A DNA stretch of 64,000 bases from Malacoraja senta (taxonomy: Eukaryota). The stretch lies in NCBI GenBank assembly GCA_038087875.1, contig CM075989.1, positions 24,368,001-24,432,000 of the forward strand, written 5' to 3'. Below, piece after piece: positions 62,330-64,000 of this stretch (positions are counted from its first letter, which is position 1; each line of letters begins with the position of its first letter). The notes beneath the pieces were generated by a model, which had not been told where the DNA came from, did no database searches, and saw nothing but the letters and a program-made list of their open reading frames with translations. The position numbers and the translations under genes are program-made.

Positions 62330-64000
62330 GTATGCAGTTCCTTTTAAAAACCTCCTTCAATCAGGAAGCATAAATGCTGAGAACACACATATTAGGCCTG
62401 CTGAATGCATAGTCAATTTGACTCCAACAACAAATCTGAAGTTCCCGAAAAATGAGTTGTGAGATTGGAATGTCTTTGCTTAAAGAAATTGGAAAGGGCC
62501 TGTCCCACTTACGCGGTTATTTTCGGCGATGCCGGCACCCGTCATAGTCGCAACAGGTTGCCGAAATTTTTTTAACGTGTTGAAATCCAGAGGCGACCAG
62601 AAAAAGAGACTCTTTGGGCGACTACTCATGACCATGCAACCGTCACCCCGCGACATGAGCAGCAGGAAACTGTAGTATCTATAGAAAACCCATGCAGGTC
62701 ACAGGGAGAATGTACAAACTCCGTACAGACTGCACCCGTGGTCAGGATCGAACCCGGGTCTCTGGTGCTGTAAGGCAGCAACTCTACCGCTGCCCTTCAC
62801 AAGTTGTGAAGGAGGTTTCATTTGCACATAACCTAAGCTACAGAGCAGCCTCATTCCGACAGGGTTGACGGAGGGCCCTGAACACACTGGAGGGCCAGGG
62901 AATGAACCAGACTGCTGTACACAGACCAGAGTTAACCCAGTGCTCGCCCATGCCATGCACGATTGAGATATTCACTAAATTAATACTTAGTTGAAACAGT
63001 GATTACTTTATTAGATGTAAAGTGGATCCTGCAACTTCTCTTTAAATTGCACAGGTTTTGACGGCATGGGTATGGTAATTAGTGAAATAATATTTGTCCA
63101 CATGGAGAAATCTAGAACCGGCCTTGTGGTTTTAGAATAGAGATTGCCCATTTAAGGCAAAGATGAAGAGTAATTTCTTACTTCAGAGTGTTGTGAATAT
63201 TTGGATTTCTGTACCCCAGAGATCTGTGGAGGCTATTATAGAATGCATATAATCATGGCTGAGTCTGAAAGGGTTTTGAAATGTGGGGGAGTTTACACTA
63301 ATGAAGACCAAACAGAAAAGTAGAGTTGGAGCCAAGATCTGATCAGTCTGATTTTATGAATTGTAATATAGTCTCAAGGGTCTGTATGGCTATTTCTTGA
63401 ACTTTTATATTAGAAAGTTTAAAATGTAGCTTCTATCTCTGCTTCCCTGTCCCAACTATGGCTGAAAGTTGGGAGCTGAAATGTATTATTTTAAATCTGG
63501 TGCTTCCATGGATTGTAAAGGCGAATGCAGGTGGATAGCCTTCCTTTCTCTTTTTATATAAAATTCATTTTCATGTTCTGGGTGTTGCTTACGCCAGCAT
63601 TTATTAACGGTTTTAAATTGCCAATGACAAGATGTTGGTGAGCTGGTTTTTTTTGTTGGAGTTGGTTATTGCCTGAAATTCTAGGTCCCATCCACCTCCA
63701 TCCAAGAGCCCCAGCAGCCCTTCCCAATGCTGCTTGACCCGCTGAGTTCCTCCAGCACTTTGTGTTCTTGCTCAAGGCTCTAGCATTTGCAATGCCTTGT
63801 ATCTTTCTGTTCATGTTTGAATGTTGTTGAAGTCAAGGTGCATGCAGGTGTGGACTGCTTTGTTTCTACAAGTTTTGTGAATTGATTGTGCAATCAATTG
63901 CAAATAAGCTAATTGCTGACCTTATGATGGCAGGAAGATCACTGGTGCAACAGCTGAAGATGCTCGGTTCTAGGACCCTGCACTGAGGACCACCTGGAAT

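Overview
Vertebrate genomic DNA, most likely from a cartilaginous fish (skate or ray), inferred from its repeat landscape of HE1/V-type SINEs, CR1/HER1-type LINE tails, Rex1 and Penelope elements. Three spliced genes can be reconstructed, each with GT-AG junctions in compatible reading phase. (1) The last six coding exons of an ADAMTS-like gene on + (Ig, TSP1 repeats, PLAC; stop at 18420), called ADAMTSL3 by synteny. (2) A complete four-exon SAXO2/FAM154B on - (ATG 52432, stop 37685, 468 aa). (3) Five 5' coding exons of EFL1/EFTUD1 on +, head-to-head with SAXO2 across a GC-rich promoter carrying an RFX X-box; the first EFL1 coding exon is not visible and probably lies in the 200-N gap (53197-53396). 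Much of the remaining sequence is transposon-derived. The most interesting system is a family of Penelope-like retroelements with a minimal hammerhead-ribozyme core (CTGANGA-A-stem II-GAAACGTH). It occurs as GIY-YIG-coding fragments, as about 15 short fold-back insertions (several with 9-15 bp target-site duplications), and as three dispersed 66-bp tandem arrays whose unit junction falls at the ribozyme GAAA. Other notable items are a TSD-flanked 304-bp bipartite RTE derivative, a palindromic MITE family and a candidate in-frame cassette exon in SAXO2. Family names come from recalled consensus motifs, not from database searches.
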